From Bacillota bacterium (GTDB lineage: Bacteria; Bacillota; Proteinivoracia; UBA4975), in assembly GCA_012523545.1 (NCBI GenBank), contig JAAYIH010000009.1, positions 1,248 to 65,247 on the forward strand: a stretch of DNA of 64,000 nucleotides. The letters run 5' to 3'. The notes below the pieces were generated by a model that did no database searches, had not been told where the DNA came from, and worked only from the letters and a program-made list of their open reading frames with translations. The first letter of the stretch is position 1. Each line of letters starts with the position of its first letter. Made by a program: the position numbers and the translations under genes. Shown one piece after another: positions 52,911-61,363 of this stretch.

Positions 52911-53435
52911 TCAATACCACAATTTTTCCAGACCCCGGTAAATCCAGCGGGGCGCCCTGAAGATCCAGCTGAAGCAATCTACCTGGCACAGGCGGGTGAT
53001 GCCAAAGGCTCCTGCCGTCAGCAAGCCCGCCTCGGCATACGCCAACTCTCCCCGGGCCAGTCCGATGACGAGGAGCAGCGCGGTGCAAAAATAGGCAATA
53101 TTGCCGCCCACCTCAGACCAGGACCACGCGCCGGCGATGACTGCGCCCAGCACCGCGGCCAAAACAACGAGGAAGCACCCTCCGTAGAAAAGAAACAGGA
53201 ACTCGGGGTATTCCGCCGCCACATACACGTAAAACAGCAGGGGCGCGCCGAGGGTCAGCAGCACCAGCAGGGAAGGATGGCGCCAGCGCCGGAGCAAATG
53301 ATAAACAGCCAGGCTGACGGCCACCGCCGCCGCTGCGGCATAAAAAAATTCCGGCGCCGTCCGTTCAGCTTCACCCAGCCCCCAGAGAATCAAGGCCGGC
53401 AATAAACCAATAAGTACAGCACTGATGTCACGCAT
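52911..53435 (-). CDS. Hypothetical polytopic membrane protein
   Basis: 174 aa, 5-6 TM. RBS AGGAGGAGGA. Confidence 0.6.
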   Translation of the reverse strand: MRDISAVLIGLLPALILWGLGEAERTAPEFFYAAAAAVAVSLAVYHLLRRWRHPSLLVLLTLGAPLLFYVYVAAEYPEFLFLFYGGCFLVVLAAVLGAVIAGAWSWSEVGGNIAYFCTALLLVIGLARGELAYAEAGLLTAGAFGITRLCQVDCFSWIFRAPRWIYRGLEKLWY

Positions 53436-53513
53436 AGTCCATCCTCCTCCTGTGTTTCATTTCGCCGCAGGGAATACAATTTCCTGCCTCCCTCCGTCCC
53501 GGAATATTTGCAC

Positions 53514-53562
53514 ATTTGCCGGACAAAACTGCCGGCAAATCCCCTGGTCAGGCCCGGCAAAT
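53514..53562. promoter_or_regulatory. Operator-like inverted repeat ATTTGCCGG-N9-CCGGCAAAT plus a third CCGGCAAAT half-site
   Basis: Perfect 9-bp arms. The third copy lies 13 nt downstream of the right arm. Overlaps the -35 of the plus-strand promoter. Confidence 0.4.
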
Positions 53563-53572
53563 GTGATATAAT
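53545..53572 (+). promoter_or_regulatory. Promoter TGGTCA-16-(TG)TATAAT for the small membrane protein gene
   Basis: Extended -10 TGTGATATAAT. Confidence 0.5.
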
Positions 53573-53604
53573 GAAAGTGATATCTTTCATTTACGGAGGA
53601 AAAC

Positions 53605-53793
53605 ATGAACAAGCCCATCGCCCTGTTGCCGATGCTGTTGCTGCTGGCGCCGGGAGTGGTGATTGGCGCGGGCCTGACGGCCAGGAACTTCCGCCTCTAC
53701 TACCCCCTCTTTGCCGTGCTCATGGTGGCTTTGCTCATCAACGTGGCCATGATGATCTGGCATCGCCACAAAGAACAACACCGCAAAAAATAA
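53605..53793 (+). CDS. Small membrane protein (62 aa)
   Basis: MNKPIALLPMLLLLAPGVVIGAGLTARNFRLYYPLFAVLMVALLINVAMMIWHRHKEQHRKK. RBS GGAGG plus 6 nt. Confidence 0.65.
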   Translation: MNKPIALLPMLLLLAPGVVIGAGLTARNFRLYYPLFAVLMVALLINVAMMIWHRHKEQHRKK

Positions 53794-53820
53794 AGCGCAA
53801 ACGCCCGTGCGGTTATAATT

Positions 53821-53866
53821 AAGGCTGTCGCAATGGTTGCCACAACCGAAGCGACAGCCTTTTCGT
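53821..53866 (+). terminator. Rho-independent terminator
   Basis: AAGGCTGTCGC...GCGACAGCCTT followed by TTTCGTTT. Confidence 0.65.
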
Positions 53867-54085
53867 TTCGGCTAAAGACCGGAGCCAAGGCCATAACAAA
53901 AGCAGGGAAAGCAAGCTTCCCCCGCTTTTATTTAAGGAGGTTTGCGCAGTCAGCTTTTCAGCGAACTGCTGCGTAAAAAATGATTTTATCGTATAGAATT
54001 ATTATCAGAAAAATGTTCGAAAGGAGGTATGTTATGACTTAATAAAGAACGTGGATTTAACAATAAATAATTAGGGGGGAAAGTT

Positions 54086-54193
54086 TTGAAACGGTATTTG
54101 CTTACTTTTATCGCAGTCGCAATAGTTATTATCTTATTACATGTGAATACCTGCTATGCTGCTGGTTTACCTATGAGGAAAAATATCTTTTAA
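54086..54193 (+). CDS. Candidate 35-aa hydrophobic peptide (signal-peptide-like or type-I-toxin-like) in the low-GC island
   Basis: TTG start with AGGGGGG about 6 nt upstream. MKRYLLTFIAVAIVIILLHVNTCYAAGLPMRKNIF: K/R N-terminus, 14-residue hydrophobic core, basic C-terminus. Confidence 0.4.
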   Translation: MKRYLLTFIAVAIVIILLHVNTCYAAGLPMRKNIF

Positions 54194-54255
54194 TTTTATC
54201 CTGCCACAGCTATACCGCATGGCCGTTTGATTTTTATTTTCCCTTTCCGTACTTT

Positions 54256-54717
54256 ATGTTCAGGGTTGACGGGGACAACATTGAGTGCCTTCAAGATGCA
54301 ACAGCCAGAAAATTTGTCGCTCCATTCAAAGATGAAAAATATAATCGCTTGGAGAATTTCTCGCAATACGTAAAGGCCACCGCCCGCAACCGGCACACTG
54401 TTGCACGCGCCAAGGACTACATGAGCGTGCAAGACCTCATTAAGGGAAATAATATTGTTATTGAAATTCAACCCACAAAAATCACCAAGGCAACTCCCCT
54501 TGTTTACGATACGAAATTTACTGTTTTAAAGGAGTACCGCGGCTCATGTCCAAGGGATTATGTGTTCCTGCCAAGGGAGCTCGATGTCAGCAAAAAGTAT
54601 ATAATTTTTCTCGAAGAAGTTGACGATGGCGACGGCTACTACCTGGTCTCCAGAAACAGTATTTTTTCCGAGGAAGACAAAGAATACACCATCATTAAGG
54701 ACGCATTGAGCAAATAA
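54256..54717 (+). CDS. Hypothetical cytoplasmic protein (153 aa), low-GC, no recognisable family
   Basis: Clean ORF in a ~40% GC segment. No SD-like sequence, which weakens confidence. Confidence 0.5.
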   Translation: MFRVDGDNIECLQDATARKFVAPFKDEKYNRLENFSQYVKATARNRHTVARAKDYMSVQDLIKGNNIVIEIQPTKITKATPLVYDTKFTVLKEYRGSCPRDYVFLPRELDVSKKYIIFLEEVDDGDGYYLVSRNSIFSEEDKEYTIIKDALSK

Positions 54718-55245
54718 ATGGTTAAGAAGCGCAAATTCCTTTTAAGATTTGTTAGCGTCAATCTGGCTGTTTTAGCTGCAATTTTGGTGATTATGACAAC
54801 TAAATCTAATACCCCTTTAGCATATGTACTGGGGATTGGGCTTTTGACAAGCGGCCTTGTTTACCCGGACAAGGCACCCGCAAGCAAAACTATTTCCGGT
54901 TATATCCTGGGGCTTATTATAGGCTCCATGGCTGGGTATGGGACATATCTTTTCCTGATTATGGATTGGCGATGGTCTCTGCCGCCAAGGCTAATTGTAC
55001 TGGCTATTCTCCTGGTAGTGTCTTCTGTTCCTCAAGTACTGCAAATAGCGGTATCCGATCACAACCCATGGGTTATCCTGTGCTCGTTGCTGGTTACGGG
55101 GATTGCAATAAGTATAATATTTTTCGGGTTGCTCCCAACGCCATTCCTTTCCCTTAACAATTCATTGATACTGTTATTCTTGATACCCTCTCTAATTACA
55201 GTTTCTCAGCATGTCATCGCAAAGTATTTGTTTCGATCCGGCTAA
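54718..55245 (+). CDS. Hypothetical polytopic membrane protein (175 aa, about 5 TM), low-GC
   Basis: ATG immediately follows the upstream TAA (translational coupling). Hydrophobic segments throughout. Confidence 0.5.
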   Translation: MVKKRKFLLRFVSVNLAVLAAILVIMTTKSNTPLAYVLGIGLLTSGLVYPDKAPASKTISGYILGLIIGSMAGYGTYLFLIMDWRWSLPPRLIVLAILLVVSSVPQVLQIAVSDHNPWVILCSLLVTGIAISIIFFGLLPTPFLSLNNSLILLFLIPSLITVSQHVIAKYLFRSG

Positions 55246-55303
55246 ATAACCTGCTTGTGCGTCCCCAAAAGTACTCGATCGCCACAGTAGTTTTCAGCCT
55301 TTG

Positions 55304-55345
55304 CAAAAACTGCCAGTCCGGCCGAAGCGCCGGGCTGGCAGTTTC
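55304..55345. terminator. Bidirectional intrinsic terminator
   Basis: Long hairpin AAACTGCCAGTCCGGC-CGAAG-GCCGGGCTGGCAGTTT with UUUUUG on the minus strand and a T-rich tract on the plus strand. Confidence 0.65.
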
Positions 55346-55365
55346 CGTTATTGGGCTTTTAATCC

Positions 55366-56838
55366 TCAGTTGCCGGTGTCGAACAGCCAGTACGGGGTAA
55401 ACATGCTCTTGGCCACCAGGTTGCCGTGGTCGCCGCCGGTCTCAGTTTCGTACATGCCGTGATCGGCATAGATCAGCACCCGGCCCCGCCAGTTTTCCAC
55501 CAGCTGGCGGACGTATTCGTCGGCCTGGCCGATGGCGTCCAGGGTGTTCTGGTGCAAATCGCCCCAGTCGTGACCGGTGGCGTCGATGTCTTTGTAGTGG
55601 ACGAAGAGCAGGTCATGGCTCTGGCCGATGACGCTCAGGGCGTACTGGGTCTTTTCGTCATCGGTGCTACCGTCGTTGTTGCGGTCGACGTTGAAAACCG
55701 GCTCCACTTCCAGTTCCACTGTGTTCAGGGGCCCGATGACGGCGGTCATGACCTTCCCTGCTCCGGCCTGGGCAAAAATTGTGGGCACCTCCAGGCGCCG
55801 GGTGCGCCGGTCGTGGACGCCGGTAACATGGGGCAGTTCCCCGGACAGGGAGGAAGCCACGTTGACCGGAGTGATGGACGGGTAAGCAGACATGGATACC
55901 GCCGGCTCCGGCAGGGTGTCTAGAAACGGCGTATACCCGCGGCTGCTGGCATATTGGTATTGGTGCAGACCAAAGCCGTCCAGCAGGATGACCAGGATGG
56001 GCACCCCCTCCTCCAGCGCCTGCAGGGAATCGGCGTAGACATCGGTTATGCGTTTGGCGGGAGGGTCCAGGACAAGGCCCTTGGCCCGGGGAATGACAAG
56101 TTCATCCCCCGCCATATAGCCCAGGCAGTTCTTGTCCAGGATAAAACGGCCGTCCTGGCGCAGCGGCTCCACCCGGCCGTCGGCGCCGACAACCGCGGCC
56201 GTCCTGCCCTCCAGGCTGACATAGTCCTCCAAGTCAACGGTCCGGTGCCGGTAGAAGGTGGTGGCCGTCAGTTCTTTTCCTTCATGTTCCACCGCAGAGC
56301 TTCCCCGCAACGATGCGGAAATGGAGTAGCCCTGTTTGTACAAGGCTCCCGCCGACAGCCGGGCGATGTCTTTGCCCGGCTGGATGATGGTGAAGGCCTG
56401 GTCGACGGGCAAATCCTGGGCGATGATGACTATTTCCACGATGTTCTTGATGTTGCTGCTCACCGGGTGGTGGAGGTTGATGGCCTCCCAGCCGTTTTCC
56501 CGGCTCAGGGCCAAATAACACTGTTCGAGATTGTCGTTGTCGATGAGGGCGCTGAACCCGTCGGCGGCGATGAAGAGGATCTCCAGGCGTTGGCCGTACG
56601 GCTGGGCCTGCTCGATGACGGGCGCCAGGGGCGCCGCGGCAACGGTTTTGTCCTTGTGCTTCAGCTTCACCGTCTCCGGAACATCCTGCAGCCCCCTTAT
56701 GGTCAGGGGATTGTCCACATCCCCCAGGACTGTCAGGGTCAGCCGGACGGGTTCTTCCCCGCAACCCGCCAGCAAGCTGCCCGCCAGCGCCAACAGCAAG
56801 CAGGAGGCAAGCAGTTTCAGTCCAAATCCCTTTGCCAT
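55366..56838 (-). CDS. Lipoprotein with C-terminal alkaline-phosphatase-superfamily (nucleotide pyrophosphatase/phosphodiesterase-like) domain
   Basis: Lipobox LLAGC. ...ILLDGFGLHQY...HDRRTRR...DATGHDWG...YADHGM are AlkP-core metal-ligand motifs. ATG at 56836-56838. An alternative TTG is at 56871. Confidence 0.8.
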   Translation of the reverse strand: MAKGFGLKLLASCLLLALAGSLLAGCGEEPVRLTLTVLGDVDNPLTIRGLQDVPETVKLKHKDKTVAAAPLAPVIEQAQPYGQRLEILFIAADGFSALIDNDNLEQCYLALSRENGWEAINLHHPVSSNIKNIVEIVIIAQDLPVDQAFTIIQPGKDIARLSAGALYKQGYSISASLRGSSAVEHEGKELTATTFYRHRTVDLEDYVSLEGRTAAVVGADGRVEPLRQDGRFILDKNCLGYMAGDELVIPRAKGLVLDPPAKRITDVYADSLQALEEGVPILVILLDGFGLHQYQYASSRGYTPFLDTLPEPAVSMSAYPSITPVNVASSLSGELPHVTGVHDRRTRRLEVPTIFAQAGAGKVMTAVIGPLNTVELEVEPVFNVDRNNDGSTDDEKTQYALSVIGQSHDLLFVHYKDIDATGHDWGDLHQNTLDAIGQADEYVRQLVENWRGRVLIYADHGMYETETGGDHGNLVAKSMFTPYWLFDTGN

Positions 56839-56863
56839 CGCGCTCACCCTTGCCTGCGGGCGC

Positions 56864-57973
56864 TTACTCAACAGCGCTGATGGACAGGAGGTACTTTACC
56901 GAGGCGCTTTTGGGAAGATCCGTAAAGGCAGAGGACAGAATGCCGTCCTTGCTGCGGATGAACACGATACCCTTTTCCAAGTCAGCGGCGCTGACTTCCA
57001 CGGTATAACCGTCTTCAGCTTCCAGCACATAGGCGTCGGCAGCTTTGAGATTGAGCTTGTCCGCCAAATCCTTGAGGCTGATGCCGCTGTCCTCGCCCAC
57101 CTGGGCGGAGGCGAAAAATTCCAGGCCTTTTTCCACGAAGACAAACCCGACATCGCCGGCGCTCACTGCCACCAGGTTCTTGACATGCATGCCTTTGGGC
57201 AGGTCGGGACCACGGAAGGCCGGCGCATTATCGCCCTGGATGACGATGCAGTTCCCGGCAAAGGTGGCCCATTCCTCATTCTTTTCAAAGCCGTCGGAGG
57301 CCAGCATATATACCGAAGGCGAGGCTTGTACATCTTTAAGCAAATCGGAGGTTTTTACCGCCTTGGCGCCGGCCTCAGCCTCGTAGTCGACGACATCCAG
57401 CCTGGTCTGCAGGGTTTCGAAGAAGAAAATCTTGCTTACAGGACCGCCCTGCCCGCCGCCGGTTTCCTTGCGATTGATGGTGATCTTGACGGTGTTTTTC
57501 ACCCAGTACATGGATTCTTCCTGGGGAATGTACATCCGGATGGGGCGGTTTTCTTCGTACAGGGGTTCGCCGTCAATCTCATAGGCCAGGATGATCTTTC
57601 CCCTGGCGACGATGTCGCTGGGGACCTCGACGGAATAACCGTCGCCGGCGGTAAAGCGCACGGTGTCCATATTATCGGCGCTGATGTTCAGGTGCGCCAG
57701 CACGGTTTCCAGCAGGACGCCCTTGATGGGGTACTGGTCGACGCTGCCGTCATCCCTGGTCCTGACTATATCCTCGGTGACAGAATCCAGCTTCATCAGG
57801 TCTGCCACTGAGATCTTCACTTCCCCGGCTTCGGGGCTGGCGATTGTTATGAAATCGTCTTCACCGGTATACTTGTCACCGGGGTCATCGGTTTTGCCGC
57901 CGCAACCCGTCAGCAGCAACATAACGGTGAAAAGAACGGCCAGCACGGTCAAATGGGACTTATGCAACTTCAT
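56864..57973 (-). CDS. Lipoprotein with three tandem copies of a roughly 110-aa domain (faint resemblance to molybdopterin-oxidoreductase-type domains; uncertain)
   Basis: Lipobox LLTGC. Repeats end in ...GEPLYEENRPIRMYIPQEESMYWVKNTVKITI, ...GDNAPAFRGPDLPKGMHVKNLVAVS and ...GIVFIRSKDGILSSAFTDLPKSASVKYLLSI. RBS AAAGGAGAGGG. Confidence 0.7.
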   Translation of the reverse strand: MKLHKSHLTVLAVLFTVMLLLTGCGGKTDDPGDKYTGEDDFITIASPEAGEVKISVADLMKLDSVTEDIVRTRDDGSVDQYPIKGVLLETVLAHLNISADNMDTVRFTAGDGYSVEVPSDIVARGKIILAYEIDGEPLYEENRPIRMYIPQEESMYWVKNTVKITINRKETGGGQGGPVSKIFFFETLQTRLDVVDYEAEAGAKAVKTSDLLKDVQASPSVYMLASDGFEKNEEWATFAGNCIVIQGDNAPAFRGPDLPKGMHVKNLVAVSAGDVGFVFVEKGLEFFASAQVGEDSGISLKDLADKLNLKAADAYVLEAEDGYTVEVSAADLEKGIVFIRSKDGILSSAFTDLPKSASVKYLLSISAVE

Positions 57974-58056
57974 TTCTTCCCTCTCCTTTGTGTGTTATTA
58001 TTTTCACAAAACCACCGGCATCCCAGTTCCCCGGCATCCCCCCTTGCCGACAAAGC

Positions 58057-58088
58057 AAAATAAAAACAGACTCTTGGAAAAGAGTCTG
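58057..58088 (-). terminator. Intrinsic terminator inside the leader of the lipoprotein operon
   Basis: Minus-strand CAGACUCUU-UUCC-AAGAGUCUG followed by UUUUUAUUUUG, about 85 nt upstream of the lipoprotein ATG. Confidence 0.6.
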
Positions 58089-58239
58089 CACAATGCAGTA
58101 CAGCAAAAAATACAGTTCTGCCTGCAGCTCCTTTCCAAACACGGGAGGCAGCGCCGTTTCCAGCGCTACCCAGCGGTCAATGTTTCATAGTTTCCCTTAG
58201 AAACAAAGACTCGGAGCAAAGTATTGCATTTGCCTTCAG

Positions 58240-58270
58240 TCTATAGACAAATAAAAAGTTTGTCAAGGGC
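58240..58270 (-). promoter_or_regulatory. Candidate promoter TTGACA-17-TAGACT driving the structured leader
   Basis: Directly after the stop of the DHH phosphoesterase gene. Confidence 0.45.
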
Positions 58271-58277
58271 GGTCTCT

Positions 58278-59258
58278 TTAGTCCGGCGGCGCCCCGGCGG
58301 CATCCCGGCACTGGCACAGGCCATGTTCGGCCTGGACCACTTCCAGCCGGGCCAGCACCGCCTGGAGCACGGCTCCGGCGTCGGCCTGGCCGTTAAATCC
58401 GGCGTACTCGGCGCTGCCCCACAGGTTGCTGCGGGGAAGATCCCGGACGGCGGCGGCCAATACTTCATACATATTCAGACACCGGGCAACGGCGGGATTT
58501 TTGGCCAGCCTGATAAAACAATTTGCCTGTTGCTGAAAGCCGGTCACTGCAATATCCGCCCCCAGTTCCAGCAGCATCATGGCGACGTAGTAGACATAAT
58601 TGCGCACAGGCACAGCGGTAACCACCAGGCAGTTGCCCACCTTGTGCAGCGTGGCAGAAAGCGCGGCCTGCAGGCGCACCTCCCGCTCGATCCGGCTGGT
58701 CACCCGCAGCACCCGGAGCAAGTCGTTATAGGCAACCCCGCCCTCCTCCAATATCATGGCCAAATCGATGAGCGTGGAATTGGCGGCGGTGGTCAGGTAC
58801 CTGGTGTCGCCCATAATCCCCGCGCCCAGCGCCAGGGCGAGGTTGGCATCCAGCCGTCGCTCCAGACGGCGGCACACCTGCCACACCAGCTGGCAGGCTG
58901 AATCGCTTTCGGCATGGAGCGACGCCAGAGCGCCGGCCAGCAGTTTGTTGTCGGGGTGATGGTCGATGAGCAGGTACTGCGCGGGCATGCAGCCGGGGAG
59001 CTGTTGGGGGTCAGCGGTATCCACCAGGATGACGAGATCGTACTGGCTTACATCGGGCTGGAATATGACCTGCATGCGCAGCCTGTACTGCAACTCCCGG
59101 GCATGCTCGCTGACGGTCCGGGGCACAGCCATGTCGGCGCCCAGGACCGACGCCAGGACGTAAGCCGCGCCCAGGGCGTCGCTGTCGGCGTCGTCGTGGC
59201 AGAGAACCAGCAGGTTCCGGTCCATGTTGTGCCTGAGCACTTGGATAAATTCGTCCAT
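58278..59258 (-). CDS. nrnA: DHH/DHHA1-family phosphoesterase (NrnA-like nanoRNase / pAp phosphatase)
   Basis: LVLCHDDADSDALGAA, IDHHPD and GIMGDTRYL are DHH motifs. Confidence 0.8.
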   Translation of the reverse strand: MDEFIQVLRHNMDRNLLVLCHDDADSDALGAAYVLASVLGADMAVPRTVSEHARELQYRLRMQVIFQPDVSQYDLVILVDTADPQQLPGCMPAQYLLIDHHPDNKLLAGALASLHAESDSACQLVWQVCRRLERRLDANLALALGAGIMGDTRYLTTAANSTLIDLAMILEEGGVAYNDLLRVLRVTSRIEREVRLQAALSATLHKVGNCLVVTAVPVRNYVYYVAMMLLELGADIAVTGFQQQANCFIRLAKNPAVARCLNMYEVLAAAVRDLPRSNLWGSAEYAGFNGQADAGAVLQAVLARLEVVQAEHGLCQCRDAAGAPPD

Positions 59259-59276
59259 GGTCTCACCGTCCCCGGA

Positions 59277-60185
59277 TCAAATGAACTTGCCCCACATCAC
59301 GACTTCCGTTTCCAGGTCTACATTGTGCTTTTTCTTTACCTCGGCCTGGACTTTTCTGATCAGCCGGTAAATATCCCGGGCCGTGGCCTGGTTATCGTTG
59401 ATGATGAACCCGCAATGCTTTTCCGACACCGCCGCGCCGCCCAGACGAACGCCCCTGAGGTTGCAGGACTCGATGAGCTGACCGGCATAGTGGCCGGGAG
59501 GACGGCGAAAGGTGCTGCCGGCGCTGGGTTTGTCCAGGGGTTGTTTTTCCCGGCGCCGGCGGGTATACTCGTCAATTTTGGCCTGGATGGCCTCGCCGTC
59601 GCCGGGGGTCAGTTCCATCTCCACTTCCAGCACCACGTTGCCGTTGCGCTGGAAGATGCTGGTGCGGTAGCCCAGTTCCAGTTCGGCGGCGGAGTAGTGG
59701 ACCAGTTCGCCCCGGGGCGTCGCCGCCAGCACCCGGCGGACGACGTCCTTCATTTCCCCTCCGTAGGCGCCGGCATTCATCACCACCGCCCCGCCCACTG
59801 TGCCGGGAATGCCGCTGGCAAACTCCAGCCCCGCCAGGGAATTGGCCAGGGCAATGGCACTGAGCCGTGTCAGCGCCGCTCCGGCCTGGGCCGTCAGGGT
59901 GGTACCCGCCAGCCTGACCTCGGCCAGATTTTCTCCCAGCACCATTACCACGCCTTCCACGCCCTCATCGCTGACCAGAAGGTTGGTGCCCTTGCCCATG
60001 ACATACCACCGGATGCCGGCGGCATTGCAGTAGTTAATTACCCCGACCACCTGGCTGTAGTCCCGGGGCAGCACCATGTACTGGGCGGGACCGCCCACCC
60101 GAAAGGATGTGTACCTGGCCATGGGCTGCTGGCAGAGGACAGCGCCGACGGCGGTAATTGCTTCCAAATCGGATTTTACATCCAC
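59277..60185 (-). CDS. murB: UDP-N-acetylenolpyruvoylglucosamine reductase MurB
   Basis: ...QPMARYTSFRVGGPAQYMV...SSGIPGTVGGAVVMNAGAYGGEM...KPSAGSTFRRP. GTG start at 60183-60185 with GGGAGG RBS. The ORF-track start at 60335 is rejected because it overlaps the divergent gene. Confidence 0.85.
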   Translation of the reverse strand: MDVKSDLEAITAVGAVLCQQPMARYTSFRVGGPAQYMVLPRDYSQVVGVINYCNAAGIRWYVMGKGTNLLVSDEGVEGVVMVLGENLAEVRLAGTTLTAQAGAALTRLSAIALANSLAGLEFASGIPGTVGGAVVMNAGAYGGEMKDVVRRVLAATPRGELVHYSAAELELGYRTSIFQRNGNVVLEVEMELTPGDGEAIQAKIDEYTRRRREKQPLDKPSAGSTFRRPPGHYAGQLIESCNLRGVRLGGAAVSEKHCGFIINDNQATARDIYRLIRKVQAEVKKKHNVDLETEVVMWGKFI

Positions 60186-60315
60186 TGTAACGACCTCCCA
60201 AACTCCGTCCGGCACAGGATAGCATAGCCATCCTGTCCGGGATAATTCGCGCCGGCAGGAAAAGCGGGCGCCGGTGCAGAAATAGAGAGCAACACCCACC
60301 AGGAGGGACAATCGC

Positions 60316-60642
60316 ATGACCCTTGATAAAAGCAAGTTTTGGGCTCTTGCCTGTTATATTCCGCCCCTCTTTGCCCCGATCCTCCTTGTGCGGGGCAAGG
60401 ACACCCTGGCCGCTTTCCATGCCAGGCAGGCGTTTGCGCCCTGGCTGGTGATGGCCCTGGCGGTGACCCTGGGCCTGCTTCCCGGCAGTTTTTTTGCCGT
60501 GGCCAAATGGCCGGCCGTCCTGGGCCTGGGGGCCTATGCTCTCTTCTTGTTGACCCACGGCGTGGTTATGGCCGCCAGGGGGGAAACCGTCCCCCTGCCC
60601 CTCATCGGCCAACACATCCACGCCCTGCTCGGCAAAAAATAA
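60316..60642 (+). CDS. Small membrane protein (108 aa; DUF4870-like N-terminus YIPPLFAPILL)
   Basis: RBS AGGAGGG plus 8 nt. 3-4 TM. Confidence 0.6.
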   Translation: MTLDKSKFWALACYIPPLFAPILLVRGKDTLAAFHARQAFAPWLVMALAVTLGLLPGSFFAVAKWPAVLGLGAYALFLLTHGVVMAARGETVPLPLIGQHIHALLGKK

Positions 60643-60685
60643 CCTGCCGACGGCGGAAAAAAGAACCCGGAACTGGGTTCTTTTT

Positions 60686-61363
60686 TCATTCCAACTCCAG
60701 CTCGTCACCGGGCGCCATGACCTCCACCCGGACCTTGCCCCGGGCTTCCACCTCGGCCTTAAACTGGTAAGGATCCTGGCGAATCAGCTCAAAGGTGTTG
60801 TAGTGCATGGGAATAACCACTTTGGGGTTGAGCATCTCCACCGCCAGTCTGGCGTCGGCGGGGCCCATGGTGTAATTGTCGCCAATGGGCAGCAACGCGT
60901 AATCGATGTCCTCCAGCTGGCCCAACAGCCGCATATCTGAAAAGAGTCCGGTATCCCCGGCAAAGTAGATGCCCCGCTGGTGGAAGTTGACGTAAAAGCC
61001 GCAGGCCAGCCCCCCGGCGACCCCGGCGCCGTGCAGGGCAGGGGTGAAACGCAGGTAGCCGAAGGGAAAGTTGGCCCTGCCGCCAATGTGGCCGGTGTGA
61101 ATGCGGCTGACCCCCTGACTGCGGCAGAGGTTGCCCACCTCAAAGGTGGAGATCAAAATGGCGTTATTGTGCTGGCAGATTTCCACGGCGTCCCCCAAAT
61201 GGTCGGCGTGGGCATGGCTGACCAGCACATAGTTGACCTCAATGTTTTGCGGGTCCAAATCGCCGGCCCCGGGATTGCCGTTTATGTACGGGTCAAAGAT
61301 GAGGCTTTCCCGGCCGTTGCTCAAAATAAAACACGCGTGCCCCAAGTAGGTGAGTTTTACCAT
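60686..61363 (-). CDS. UPF0173-family metallo-beta-lactamase-fold hydrolase
   Basis: MVKLTYLGHACFIL...VLVSHAHADHLGD. RBS AAGGGGG plus 7 nt. Confidence 0.8.
   Translation of the reverse strand: MVKLTYLGHACFILSNGRESLIFDPYINGNPGAGDLDPQNIEVNYVLVSHAHADHLGDAVEICQHNNAILISTFEVGNLCRSQGVSRIHTGHIGGRANFPFGYLRFTPALHGAGVAGGLACGFYVNFHQRGIYFAGDTGLFSDMRLLGQLEDIDYALLPIGDNYTMGPADARLAVEMLNPKVVIPMHYNTFELIRQDPYQFKAEVEARGKVRVEVMAPGDELELE

Noticed and set aside
57960-58142. 60-aa minus-strand ORF in the lipoprotein leader
   Set aside because: It has a GTG start with no SD. It spans the terminator hairpin and runs out of frame into the lipoprotein start. More likely non-coding leader.
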